A DNA stretch of 64,000 nt from Octopus sinensis (lineage: Eukaryota), in contig NC_042999.1 in assembly GCF_006345805.1 (NCBI RefSeq), positions 80,662,001-80,726,000 of the forward strand, read 5' to 3'. Position 1 is the first letter of the stretch. The number at the start of each line of letters is the position of its first letter. The notes under the pieces are model-generated. The model saw nothing but the letters and a program-made list of their open reading frames with translations, was not told the origin of the DNA and ran no database searches. Made by a program: the position numbers and the translations under genes. Positions 25,689 to 38,760 of this stretch are shown here, one piece after another.

Positions 25689-25931
25689 TATATATATATA
25701 GAGAGAGAGACATACATAAATAGGCACACACACATATAAATATAAATACACATGTATATATGTTTGTGTGAGTGTGTGAGTGCGAAAAGATGACAAAGGA
25801 ATAAAGGATTTTATAATGAATCCCATTAGCTTACAGCTGTTTACAGTCCAAGATGCAGTGAACACACTGCTCAGGGCCTGAGTGGTACCTTACACAATTC
25901 CGTCACAGTCTCAAACATGGAGTGCGATGTA

Positions 25932-26348
25932 TACAGGGTGGAATGGGTAAATCGTCACCATTTTATATTTTTAATTTCACGTATGTATTGACAGGGAAAA
26001 AACTGGTAAGAAAAAAGAATGAGATGAATTTTGATAATAACACGAAGAGAGATTTATGCTTGCAATAAATTTTGAAAGACACATTTTCTCATACATGTGA
26101 ATCCAAATACATATATATGTATGTTTAACAAAGTGATTTCTACTAGTTTCGCGTGAGTCAGTGAAACATGTCTGATTGTTCAGATGTTTAGTTTCCTGCG
26201 ATTTTCGATTTTCGAAAGTAACGTTGTTTGACGTTGAATGTAGGTATCGCTTGTTATATTTCAACTAAACTCCTTGAAGATTCCACTAAAATTCTTCCTT
26301 TACCTATACTTATTGTAGTCTTACTAGAAAATGATACGCCACCCTATA
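25932..26348. mobile_element. Tc1/mariner-type MITE
   Basis: TA-CAGGGTG...CACCCT(a)-TA terminal inverted repeats with TA target duplication. Confidence 0.55.
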
Positions 26349-26559
26349 AAACTATCTACAAAAATGTAAGGTGATATACGCTTGTTAGGGGTATATTCGT
26401 CTCAGATATCGATTATAGTGTACTTTAGAATGGTTACTTCGCTTTCAGCAGAGACGGTTTTATTTCTAATTTAAATACAAAGTTATCTGGAATGAAAAAC
26501 ATTTGCCAACTTCTCTGTGGTAATATAACTGGCCCTAAAGTAACTTGGTTTTGTTTGGA

Positions 26560-27118
26560 TGTCAACTCAACCCTGTCAGACAAACTTAAGAGGAATGTTT
26601 TCTGTGTAAGAGTCGTGCCAGTGATTTTATATGGAGCCTAGCATGGACGCTTACTGAAAAGCGGGAATCCAAGCTAGATGGAACTAACACTCACAGTGTT
26701 AAACATAACTCATCCCTCCAATGGACAACTGTATAGAGATTTCCTACATGTTTCCACCAATATAAGGTAGAGACGCTTGCGTTTAACAAGATATTGTTGG
26801 TGCACTAAACATGACCTGGCAAGTGACTTACTACTATAGATGCCAAAAATACATGATCATATAGTATATTGTAATATTAAGGAAATGCATACACTTAGAT
26901 GGAACTAACACTCACAGTGTTAAACATAACACATCCCTCCAAGGGACAACTGTATAGAGATTTCCTACATGTTTCCACCAATATAAGGTAGAGACGCTTG
27001 CGTTTAACAAGATATTGTTGGTGCACTAAACATGACCTGGCAAGTGACTTACTACTATAGATGCCAAAAATACATGATCATATAGTATATTGTAATATTA
27101 AGGAAATGCATACACTTA
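26560..27118 (+). mobile_element. LINE 3' coding remnant (RTE-X/L2-like) with a 221-bp local tandem duplication (26675-27118)
   Basis: SKLDGT...RRLRLTRYCW..KHDLASDLLL; tagatggaactaac at 26675 and 26896. Confidence 0.6.
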
Positions 27119-29445
27119 TAAGAGATTCAATTTGAACACATGTAAGTGCATTATATCCCAGCCGAAACAACTGTAAGATAATGAAGTTCATTGCATAATT
27201 TTCTAATCTTTTGTCATTTATTTGACTCCATATACGCATACATATATACATACATAAATGCATACATACATATATATGTGTATGTGTCTCTGTGTGTGTA
27301 TGGTTATTCACATATTCGTAATACAATTTTCACATACATCCTCACACACACACACGCACATATATGTATGATATATAATGTTTTAAACAATCAATTTCGT
27401 ACATTTGATCATAGAAGATATTCGTATCTTCAAGAATATAATAGACACAGCAAATATTTAACTCACATCACTTGTCAAGCCGTTTATAACTTGTATGCAT
27501 AAAGACACGCAATTCTTAAAATAAAATTGAGAATTCTGAAAATGTTAATATTCATGCACACATGCGCACACACACAAAATACCGACAAACTCCCACACAT
27601 GCGTATAGATGTACGTCTGTGTGATTGTGGGTGTATGTGTGTGTGTGTGTGTGCATGTGTGTGTGTGTTTCGTTGCATGCTTTCTTGATTACATCAAGTA
27701 GCACTTGCGTTGCTGCTAAGCAACATTAATTTTCATTCACTCTACAATGGACGACTTTCTCATATCCGATAGAATGACAACAACTTGGTGATGTAATATA
27801 AATTGTAATTATATTGCTAGCGTAGTATATATTTGTAAATTTGATTATACTTCATGATTCTATTACCTTCTACTTTGTTCTGAATGTAGCAAATTGTGGT
27901 ATATGTATAATTTGCCTATTTAAAGTTGTCAGAATATTCTTTTGAAATTTTAATATTCGTTTTCAAATAAATATCAAATATATTACCTCGTGCGAATATT
28001 GTTAATTGTAAAATTTCAATCAGTTTTTTTCGTAAACATTTTGTTATAAATTCGATGTAATGAAGTCTATCGCAGTTCTCTGAGAAGTTTGAGACATTGT
28101 GTGATAACTGAGAAGAAATGGCTGTTTGAGAAGACACTATTGAAGGCTGATGATAGATCGGGTGTTCAAATCGTGTTGTAGCATAGAATAAATTCTAGAA
28201 ATTTTATTTTACCATATTTTATTTGCTGTGGGACATGTGAACTAACTACAGTTAATTTATTGTCGTCTCTGGAAAGAAATTATTTTGTTTTTCTTTTAAG
28301 GATCTTGAGCCAGCAGAGTCAGTATACAACATACATTACTGATGTACTTTCTTGGCAGGCAAAATGCTAGCTTACATCTAATTTACGCTCTTTATAGTAC
28401 ATTTACTTTAAGGTATTAATTAAGGAATAAATTCGCTGCAGGAGAAACGATGCATTAGTAAAATATAATTAACGAATGTGCCGTTATTCATAAATATAAA
28501 AAAAAGGATAATTAGTTATATGCAATCAAAATACATATAACAAAGAGTATAAAGCCTCCAAATTTGAGTTGTCTGTTTAAAAATTGCAATCAGTGTTTTC
28601 ACTTTAACTATTCAATTTGAGCTTACTTTCTTATAGTATATACTACAATGTTAACTATTCTCATTGTAATATTCATATAGCGACGCAGTTGTCGATCACA
28701 AGTTGGACGTGTTGCAGTAAAACACGTAACACTTAAGGTGGATGACTGTGGCAACGCCGACTACAACTCATGAGTTTGAGCTTATTGACGTAATGACAAA
28801 CTTTGAACTTCACTCCATCGAATTAATTAAAAAAAAAACAACCTAAAACGAGGAATTTATACACCGCACCTATTATAGAGATATAATATTGAAAATTAGT
28901 GAAGCGTACAAATTACGTGATATAATGATAGCCACTTAGCTAAGTAAATGACATATGGTGAAATTCACTGTAATTTCAAACCATTCACTGATATACGTTT
29001 GTTTAATCTTATTTTCCACTCTGCTTACATAAGCAAAAACTTTTCAAGTATACAAAACTACGTGTATTGTCTAAGGCTATGGATTTATAGACAAATTATG
29101 TAAATCATCTCAAAATGCAGACATAAATAAATCAATCTATTTGACATAATCTTATCATTGTATATTATCTCAAGCCGTGCATATGAATCATTAGTCTGTT
29201 AATACTTGTTTTCTTTAGTTTGTAGGTTAGACATTCTAGCAAGATACTTTTTCTTACAGTCTTCCAGCAACAGGTGTTGAACACCTGAAAACAGAGTTGT
29301 TTACTACTCCACCATTCCTCAAATAACGTAAAGGAAGGCATGCATATCCCAGTATTTCATTAATACACAATGATACAGACGATTGCTTTCGCATTCAAAC
29401 GAAACAATGATAATGATATATTACATCGTAATTATTATATCTAAT

Positions 29446-29484
<39 letters not shown>

Positions 29485-30239
29485 GTATAAGTGCATACAC
29501 ACATAGACACAACATACGCACCTCACAGACACACACATATACATATAGATGCATACATATGTATGTAATGAAAATACTCCTATTTTCTAAATAATATATT
29601 TTTTAATTTATCATTTCATATCTGCGAATCACGTATTTATTGTTCGTTTCAAGCGAAGGAATTCTCAAATTTCAGTGTTTATTTGTTGCTCTTGAAACAC
29701 AGATACATAAATAAAATGAGATCCAGAATAAAAAAATATTTTAGTGTTTACTACTATCAGTAAAAGTACGAATCTGATGACATAGAATTCTAACCCTCCA
29801 GCGGTGAAGTTATGAATAACAATCTATACGAACAAAATTCTGACTGTAAATTCCTATTTATAAGAACAGTGTATGATAGGCAAATACCCCATCATATCCT
29901 GAGGATCAAGCGACAAAAGTAATATCGAATCGTTGGAATATTGTTGGAAAAGTAGTCGGGCTACTCTTTAATATCGATGTCAGGGTCGAACCATTTGTGG
30001 AAATATGGAACTGTCATAGCACAGCTTCTTACGTAGGGTTAGATTTGTCAGTTTTTTGTTTCATACTTTGATAAATGGTAACTAACACACACTACGATAT
30101 AAGTTCTTGGCACTCGTGAAAGTTAACTAATATTTCAAAGTCAATTGAATTGTTTTCAGGCATTATAAAGTTTCCATAAAAATGTTAGGTTAAACTGAAG
30201 GATTACTCAATAAATAATCGTAGTGTAAATATTCATTAT

Positions 30240-30775
30240 TCTTCGTTAACAATACCAGGCCCTGGATCTCATCGCTTCTGATATTAACTGATTGCAAATG
30301 TTATCATGTACATGTTTTGTCTTGATATAAAAGATGGGCTGCAGCAAAAGTTCTGCTCAATACCAGAGATTTGCTTGTCAGTTGTTTGACATTAACCATT
30401 CAAGCATATCTCTTAGTGGCTGACGATATGTGCATCTCAGATTAAGAGCAGAAGCATTATAGCCATGTGTTGAGAAGAATTATTTGGGCTTTGAATCATT
30501 CACCTCTGGAAAGATTGGTGTTTCGTTTGATACCTTTAAACAACTCTTATTCAGAGATTTTTGGGAGGGATGGCCTATTCCATCTGAAGAAAATTCTAAC
30601 TGCACCCCACGTGGAAGATCATACACTGTTTATCCTGATATGAGATAACCATGTGGTTGTGATGCAATTGCCCACTGTACCCTTCTTGGAGAGGTAGTCA
30701 GAATGGGTATACTGGGTTTCATATTTTACCCGTATCACTATGATAACATCCACTGCTCTGTCTCACTCAATAATA
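30240..30775. mobile_element. Unclassified interspersed repeat
   Basis: Higher-complexity block resembling a common octopus repeat; family not determined. Confidence 0.3.
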
Positions 30776-30793
30776 ATCACACGCACACACACA

Positions 30794-30844
<51 letters not shown>

Positions 30845-31147
30845 CATTCTGTCGGTTACGACAACGAGGGTTCCAGCTGATACGATCGATAGAACAGCTT
30901 GCTCGGGAAATTAACGTACAAGTGGCTGCGCACTACAAAGACACGTGTACCCTTAACGTAATTCTCAGGGACATTCAGCGTGACACAGAGTGTAACAAGG
31001 CTGGCCCTTTGACATACAGGTACTACCCATTTTTGCCAGCTGAATGGACAGGAGCAACGTGGAATAAAGTGTCTTGCTCAAGGACTCAACGTGTCGCCGA
31101 GATTTGAACTCATGACCTTACGATCGTGAGCCGAATGTCCTAACCAC
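30845..31147 (-). mobile_element. tRNA-derived SINE family 3
   Basis: Reverse complement of 9175-9490. Confidence 0.85.
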
Positions 31148-33253
31148 ATACACACACACGCACACATACACACACAAACACACACACACACACACATAAC
31201 ATCGTCCTGCATAGCACTACCACATTGTGTTGTCAAATACACTTTACTGTACGGTACTGTTACTACATATTTCTCACTCAGAGATTAAAACTAGCTGTTT
31301 TTCTCTTTTCGACATTAGCGACTGTGTATTGCTTTAAATGTATATACTGTGAGCAAGGTGGACTGGCTACCATCTCTACCCGCTGATTGACCTGTACCGA
31401 GGAAGTGTTAATAACCCACAAACAATTGGTCTACAGGTATTGCTAAGCCTAGAAAGGGGGCAGTAAACTCCCTTGCCCACGGTAGCTAGCTGGAGAAGAT
31501 GTTTTCTTGGAGATAAAAGGTAGTAACATCGTACTTCGTAGGACTGCCATGTTTTGTTGACAATTACTACACACACACACATACACACACACACACATTC
31601 ATACATATATGTATGTGTGTGTGTGTGTGCATTGTGTGCACGCAGACAATTTACATACTGGCTCATATGAAATCAATTGTGTTAATTAGAACAGTAAAAC
31701 AGAAGTTCAAACAAATTAGACTTGCGTCTTATGATACTGAACACTCCATAACATCAAGTCTCCAGTGATTATTTAGCATGAGATAATGGAAATAAAATAA
31801 AAGTAACTTTGCATCTTGAAACGTGCGTGCCTATGTTAAAAATTTAGGTTAAAGACATGTGCATTCGACCGCAGAGTGTCTAGCAAATTATTTAATGGAA
31901 CTGCTGTCATCCTCATGGGAGCTGTCTTTGTATTGTCATGCAATCTTTTAAAATTCGCTAGGATAGTTGACGCCAAAGACATGTGCTAACAACTAGCTTG
32001 AACTACAATTACATTTCCGATCCCAGCTGAAACTATTTCGCTTCATATACGCTGATAATGATCTTGGCAACTAGGGAAATGAATAATCAACTAAGTTCCT
32101 GTTTTTCCTGCCTTTAATTCGGCGAATACGTATTACATCACCAGATAACAGTTTTTGATTTCTGATTGTAAAAATTTAGTATTCTGGAATGTAGAATTTT
32201 TTTACATGAAACAGAGACGTGGTACGAGTTCAATTCCAACACTAAAACGCTCTCCTACTTTTTGTTTTGATGCTTTGAAAAAAATACAGATATAAAAAAT
32301 CCCCACTTTGTTACTCAGCATCAAAGTAAGTGGCTAACCTAGATTACAATACGTTGATATCATTTCATTATTTCCGAGTACTTACGTCGAATACTTTTGC
32401 AGTATCCCGTTTCTTCCCTTCCAAGAATTGTTGCAGTATTCTTTGCTATAATGTATGTATGTATGTATGTATGTGTGTATGTATGTATGTTTGTATGTAT
32501 GTATGTATGTATGTATGTATGTATGTATCTATCTATCTATCTACCTATCTATCTACTTATCTATCTATCTATCTATCTACCTATCTATCCGTCTGTGTGT
32601 GTGTGTGTGAGTGTGCGTGTCTGCCTGTCTGATTGGCTGTTGTTCTCGTCGTCTCGCGTAAGTTCATATATTTTGTCGTGTTTGCCTATGTACACCTGTA
32701 TATATTTTTGCCAGAAAGGTTCCTAATAACATCTCCTTGGCCTAGAGCGAAGCTTGCTCGAAAGTTTTCCTTTTAAGGGCCAATTTTCATATTGCACAAT
32801 CTTATCTCATAAATATTTCCATCTGTCTGGAAAACAGTTGCAGCATTCCTCTGCTCCACTTTCATATGACATTCCCTCCATTACCGTCACCTAACACATC
32901 GCACAAAAAATAAAGCATTGATACACGCACGCGCACACACACACACGCACACACACACACATGCACACACACACGCACGCACACATTTGAACAACAATTC
33001 ACATACTGACGCAAGCTTTCCTTTCGAACAAGTGGGAAGGAAAGGCAGAGAGATGAACGGTGCAACCAACTCTATTACCTCTTTTGTCACTACCACTGTT
33101 ACAAAAACCACTACCACCAGCAATAATACAATTGATAAAACCGAATAACTTTGCAGCTATTTTAAAACAAAGATTTGCACCCTGAAATACAATTAAGATG
33201 GCTGGTGTCAGCCATCTGTTACGATTTCGAAGAAAATTGAAACATATTAGAAA

Positions 33254-33392
33254 CTCAGTTCTGTACTTAAGAGATGAGGAATCATGTACATTATTTACAT
33301 TATTTACATTTGACGGATATAGGGTATATGGCGTAATGGCTAAGAGTGCGGGCTACTAACCCCAAGATTCCGAGTTCGATTCCAGGCAGTGA

Positions 33393-33461
<69 letters not shown>

Positions 33462-33465
33462 CGAC

Positions 33466-33528
<63 letters not shown>

Positions 33529-33699
33529 TACAACAACAACATCGAAAAATACTTTAGGCTTGAGAACCCAGGTTTAAAAGTTCCCCAACACACCTGATGA
33601 AGGCTGGAGGGTATATCAGCCTAAACGTTGTGTTAACAACAAACAAGATGAGGAAAAATATACGTCAACTGTAAATAATGTAAATAATGTAAATAATGT
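33254..33699 (+). mobile_element. tRNA-headed SINE-like element with (AAT)n body and hammerhead tail (family E), 5' inverted segment and 10-bp TSD
   Basis: A box tggcgtaatgg, B box gagttcgattcc (33322-33395); hammerhead 33590-33633; TSD ATATTAGAAA at 33244-33253 and 33700-33709. Confidence 0.8.
33590..33633 (+). ncRNA. Minimal hammerhead, G12 mutated in this copy
   Basis: ACAC-CTGATGA-A-GGCTG..CAGCC-(T)AAA-CG-TT^GTGT. Confidence 0.65.
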
Positions 33700-36399
33700 A
33701 TATTAGAAATTGCTGTCTTGGAACAGCAAAACTGGGCCGGTCAAGGGGTTGAGATTTTAATCCAGGCAAATCAGAACACAATAAAATATCACTCAGATTT
33801 AATAAAGCTACCGTATGGCACAACCCTACATATCACCGTTGAGGACAGAAGGCCACGTTGCTACCTTTTCGGTAGCCAATACCATTTAAAACAGACTGAA
33901 AATTGATAGAACAATAAAAGCAACAAGAACAGCAAAACCAGAATTCCAAGAGCAAACCAGCACCACCATCAGCACAAACAAAGGTGCAGCTCCACGATTA
34001 GATGAAAGAACTACTCAAAATACCCAAACAAATCAGCCAACCCAAGAAGTGACCACCACCGACAACAGAAGCAAAACCACCACCACCACCAACAACAGCC
34101 ACAGAAGTACCGAACCCTGAAAAGGTAAAAAAGGACCAACAACCCATTTATCACATCCCAATAACCATCAACTAACACCACCAACAACAACAACATCAAG
34201 AACAACACACTCACAAATTTATCCCAATACCCTTCCCTTTCCTTCCTCTGATTCCTCCGACATGTCGATACAGAAGAATAGCAAATGGCCACTGGGGTGG
34301 GGGAGAAAAGGAGTAAAGAATAGAAGTACACGCACTCAAACAAAGCAAGGAAGTCTACTGCTCTCGAGAACAAAACTATCTCACAAACACACACACATTA
34401 CCACCAATACTGCAAACACAAGCATCAAATGGCCCCACAATGTTGACAGTAATAAACACATACAATTCATACCTAATGCAATTCATTGGGTCAAAGACCA
34501 ACATAACAGAAGACAATATCAAAAATGTCAAAGATTGTGAGTTGGACAACAACCAACTTTCGAACAGTAAGTGACTCTCCCTCCCTCTCTCCCTCTCTCT
34601 CTGTCTCTGTCTCTCTCATTCTTTCATTTTTCTTTCGTGTGTAAAGCACAAATTTTGATAGGCTCATGCTTAGAATAGGTTGCATAATTATGAGTGGCTT
34701 GGGGTCGCCTTCCAAACAAGGCTACCTGTTAAATGACATCAAATCACAGAATCTGCATATCATAGCCACCAATGAGATCAGACTGCATGACCCGTGGGCC
34801 CTCCAGCACATGCTCAGCGGACAATTCGACATTTATTTTTCTCCGTGTCTGTCGAGAATGGGCGGAGTTAGTACCGCGGTGCTTTTCCGGAAGAGTCTGA
34901 CCCTCCAAATAAAAGCAGTATTCCTAGACCCAGAGGGTAGGCTGGTCGTCTTGGATGTCCATGCCAATAATGGGTGAGCTTTTCGACTGATAACAGTTAC
35001 CGTCTTTAATAGGTCGCCAGATTTCTTTCGATATTTAGAGATTTTCCTGGGAACGTCTCGACCTTTACTTTTAGTGGGAGATTGGAACGCTACCTTGGAC
35101 ACGCATCTAGACTACGTGGATAGAGATAGGAATAGGAGGTGATGTAAAAGCGTCAAAGACCTGCTCAGACGTTTACAACTGTCTGACAGGTACCGATTGG
35201 ACCAGCCGAATGTGCCAATGTGGACATGGAGCAACTGCATCGGGTCGTCCAAATCGTATTTAGATATAGTATTATGTAGAGGAGTGGATAGGGATAGTGT
35301 AGGTTGTCCACAATTGGTGGACTCGTGTGAAAGCTTTAGAGACAAGCAGTTTCCTCTCTAGCCTATCTCTCATCAACTCATCACCCTACTCCTCCAGGAA
35401 TCGATCCCAATGCCAACCCTAGAATAGCACAAATATGCATCCAGGAGCCACAACCCTACACCCAGTCTCCATCCAGTGAAGATGACTTTTTAATAATAGA
35501 TACGCGTAGAAAGAAATTGACCTGAGGGAGAAGGGATGATTTTGTCAACAGAAAAAATAACTGATGGAGAAAACGTAAGTTGTAAAAGATTTTGATATAT
35601 AAGAGACTATTGCAGATAAAAGAAGGATGAAATTGGTAAGGTGGTGTTAGTAATGCGGTCGCCAGAGATGAGGGGCCTCTGGAAGCCGCCAACCTTCCCC
35701 ACCTTACATTTAAAAAAAAAAAGAATAAAATTGACAAAATTTGAAATTCAGGACTAATTGTAAAAGGTTCAATGATTTCACTCGAAGTGTGGGCTTTGAG
35801 CGGCCGTCATTCTTCATTCTCTCTTTTCATCTTCTCATTCGTCTTGTTTTTTCCCCCAAATATATCTTGTCTGTCCTTGTGTCGTCCCCTCTATGTTGAG
35901 CCTTTATGGCGTGTTTAGAAATAAAATAAAAGGTTAAATTATCCCACTACTTTCAATGTATAGGAAGTAATCGTCATTGAAAGTGTCTTCAGCTGCATAT
36001 AATAGTGGGATCGGTTATAGTATTTTCATGCCAATCAATTACAAAACTCTCCTACAAATTTACCAATATCTGTAATAGCAAGGTTGTAACTAAAATGGAC
36101 AAATATTTTCTCAGAAACAATTTTCAAGAATGCTAACTGTCAACCGATTTAAGGAGTATTTTATTATTTTGCTGTCTTTGATTCATCCTATTTCTTAACC
36201 GATTAATTTGGATTTTTCATGATTTGGGATATGACATATGTGATTTTTTGCTTTATCTATGGTGTACTAATGAAATAATAATATCATCTTCATCGAGGAT
36301 CATATATTTTGTGAAAAAAAAAAGGATAGTTCACCAAATCAATTTATACATAGACCTGACAAGTGGATATTTCATATATTATGCAATAATGTGAATGTG

Positions 36400-36612
36400 C
36401 GTGGATTAGTGTCTAGGGTATTTGGCTTAAAGTCGTAAAGTTATGAGTTCCATTCCTGGTGGGATGCTGAGTCCTGAAGTAAAACACTTTATTTCACATT
36501 GCACCACTTCATTCGGCTGGTAATTATGAGTAGTAACTGTATTTCAAAGGGTCAGCTGTGTCACATTCTGTATCACGTCGAATCTCTCTGTGAACTGCCT
36601 TAAGGGTATTCG
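36400..36612 (+). mobile_element. SINE family 3 (diverged)
   Basis: gtggattagtg..tagggt...gagttccattcctgg..acactttatttcac; similar to 9175. Confidence 0.65.
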
Positions 36613-37789
36613 TGGAAATGAAAGCCTTGCGACAGGAACATGGGAGATGGACATAAGAGGTGTTGGCAGTCGGCAGTCAGGCCAAGAAAGAAAAATCATG
36701 GCTGGCCGGACACCGGACACGGGAAAGGAGAGAGGGGTAGGGGCAGCGGGATTAAAGGATTAGGGAAAAAAAGCAAAGGTATAAAGGGAAAAGTACAGGG
36801 GAGATAAGCGAAGAGGAAAAGTGTGAGTTAAAGAAAGAGAGGGCCAAGAAATTTGAGAGAGAAGTGGAGCGAGAAAAAGAAAATAGTAAAAAAGTATGAT
36901 GGGGACTAAAAGACAGAGTAAAAAATCGTACAAAATTTAGATACATACTTACTTACAAGGTGAGCACATATGTGAACGTACGCTGCTATATGTATATATA
37001 AAAAAATGGAACAAACGCGCAATAGACGACAATAAAATATTCGGACTGACGATACAAATGCGAATTCGTAGCCTTCTTTCTTCAGTCAAGTTACCAGATG
37101 TCCTCAGTCACACACACACACACACACACACATATTTTATTGCCATATAATTCTGCACACGCACATATCCTGATAGACCGTTATGAATATATATTTTTCT
37201 AAAACGCTTAACCACATTTAAACAAATTTAAATTACTTCAACCAATGGGCATGGATAATTATAAAAAGTCCGTATGTAGTTTCGTTATATATATAAGTGT
37301 GTATGTATATATGTATGAATATATTTATGTAAATTTTATGTATGTATCTCAATATATGTACATTTGTAGCTATATACGTATATACACTATTCTATCTTTT
37401 TTCTACTTTTATTCTATTTTATTTGTCTATTTCTTATTTTTCTGTATGTTGCTTCCTACATTCATTTCATGTTATTCTCTATTCTACTTTATTCAGTTAT
37501 ATTCAAATTAATCCGTTAACAATCACGCACATAGAAAAAGAAAAACAAACAATTCCATATATATATATAGAGAGAGAGAGTCTCCTGACATGAAGAGAAA
37601 GCTCAACATGTAAATTTTTAAATGTCTAACATTCCCCTGATGATATTTTGCTCATAACATATAAATTCAAATTCAATGCAAAAACTTGTAATTTATTCAA
37701 TGAATAAACAACTGTAGGATAAATGATTATCAACTTATTAATATATAATTATCAACCACTAACTCTCCATTTTCTTCTCTCAATTATAT

Positions 37790-38760
37790 ATCTATATAAC
37801 CAAGAGTTAAGGAATAGATTCGAAAAAATCCTGGCTACATATGTTTCATAGAGTGCGGAACATTGGAAGTGGCAAATATATGAGAGAGGTGTATATCACA
37901 GGTTACTCTTTCGGCCAACGATATCAATAGTAAAGTAAAATATGTGTACATGGGCCTACGGTCATCGGCTTAGATGCAGTTTTGTCTTTATATGCCTTGT
38001 TGAGAGTTTGGATAAAAACGATCTTTATCTTTTGATAAATACACGTGACTTTCTTTTCAATAATTATCTGACTTTGTGCGTCTTTGATGATTAAAGATTT
38101 CCATAATTCGCTTTTGTTTACATTCAAAATATTTGAATAGCAATTTAAAGGCAACCGGCAAAACGTTTGATGGTACGTTTCATGATATTAACCTATGAAA
38201 TCAAATTAAAGTTGTCGATGAGATGCCAATAGGGACTTATTTAAATGTTCCCCATTGCTTAAAAATACCACTGTTCTTCAACTTTATGAGAAAAAAGGCG
38301 GTGTGTTCAAAAGGAATCATCGTGTATCATTGACCAGTTTTCTTTGATACTTACTAAACATATTTTATTTAAGAAACTTCAAATTTATTAAATGTTCCAA
38401 CAGAGTAAATTTAAATATACTGAATGTAAAAATGCAGTTGATATATTTGGATGCCATTAAGATAAGATTTATTAATTATGAAGAACCCCCATTAGAAAGC
38501 ACGAAACTCTAGAATTGAGAGCTGCGCTACAGAGCAATGAATGGAATTGATAAAGGACAATAATAGTCCAAAAATACAGAAAACTAGCTTCTGGCACTTC
38601 TGAAGTCGAATCCTTAGTGATATCCTTTATGAACATACTTGTAGAGGCATCGCGTTTAGTAATTTGTTTTGTCAAGTTTTTAAGCTGAATTAAGAGTGAG
38701 GATTTACTCATGAAGCCGGTCTTTCATGGGTAGCTCTAAAGACAATCAAAGACATCTTAA
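37790..38760 (-). mobile_element. Very degraded Tc1-like remnant
   Basis: Weak HTH-like (ITKRD..FIKDI.KD.STSE) and RWP..SP-like traces. Confidence 0.3.

Larger units (their letters stand above)
33040..35930 (+). mobile_element. Rearranged Tx1/L1-type LINE remnant (ORF1 pieces, AP endonuclease 34666-35330, probable 3' end near 35930)
   Basis: ITVEDRRPRCY (zinc-knuckle start); LRIGCI..GL..PSKQ, GRLVVLDV, LLLVGDWNATLD, WTWSN..GSSKSYLD are APE motifs. Confidence 0.8.

Noticed and set aside
26155-26190. GAAACATGTC motif resembling family A stem III
   Set aside because: No CUGANGA or UUGANAA partner and no stem II nearby
33322-33395. Functional tRNA gene
   Set aside because: Acceptor and T stems are mismatched, there is no oligo-T terminator, and it lies inside a TSD-flanked insertion
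37580-37665. Two decayed CTGA..GCTC..AAC motifs
   Set aside because: Too degenerate: GAAA and the stems are missing
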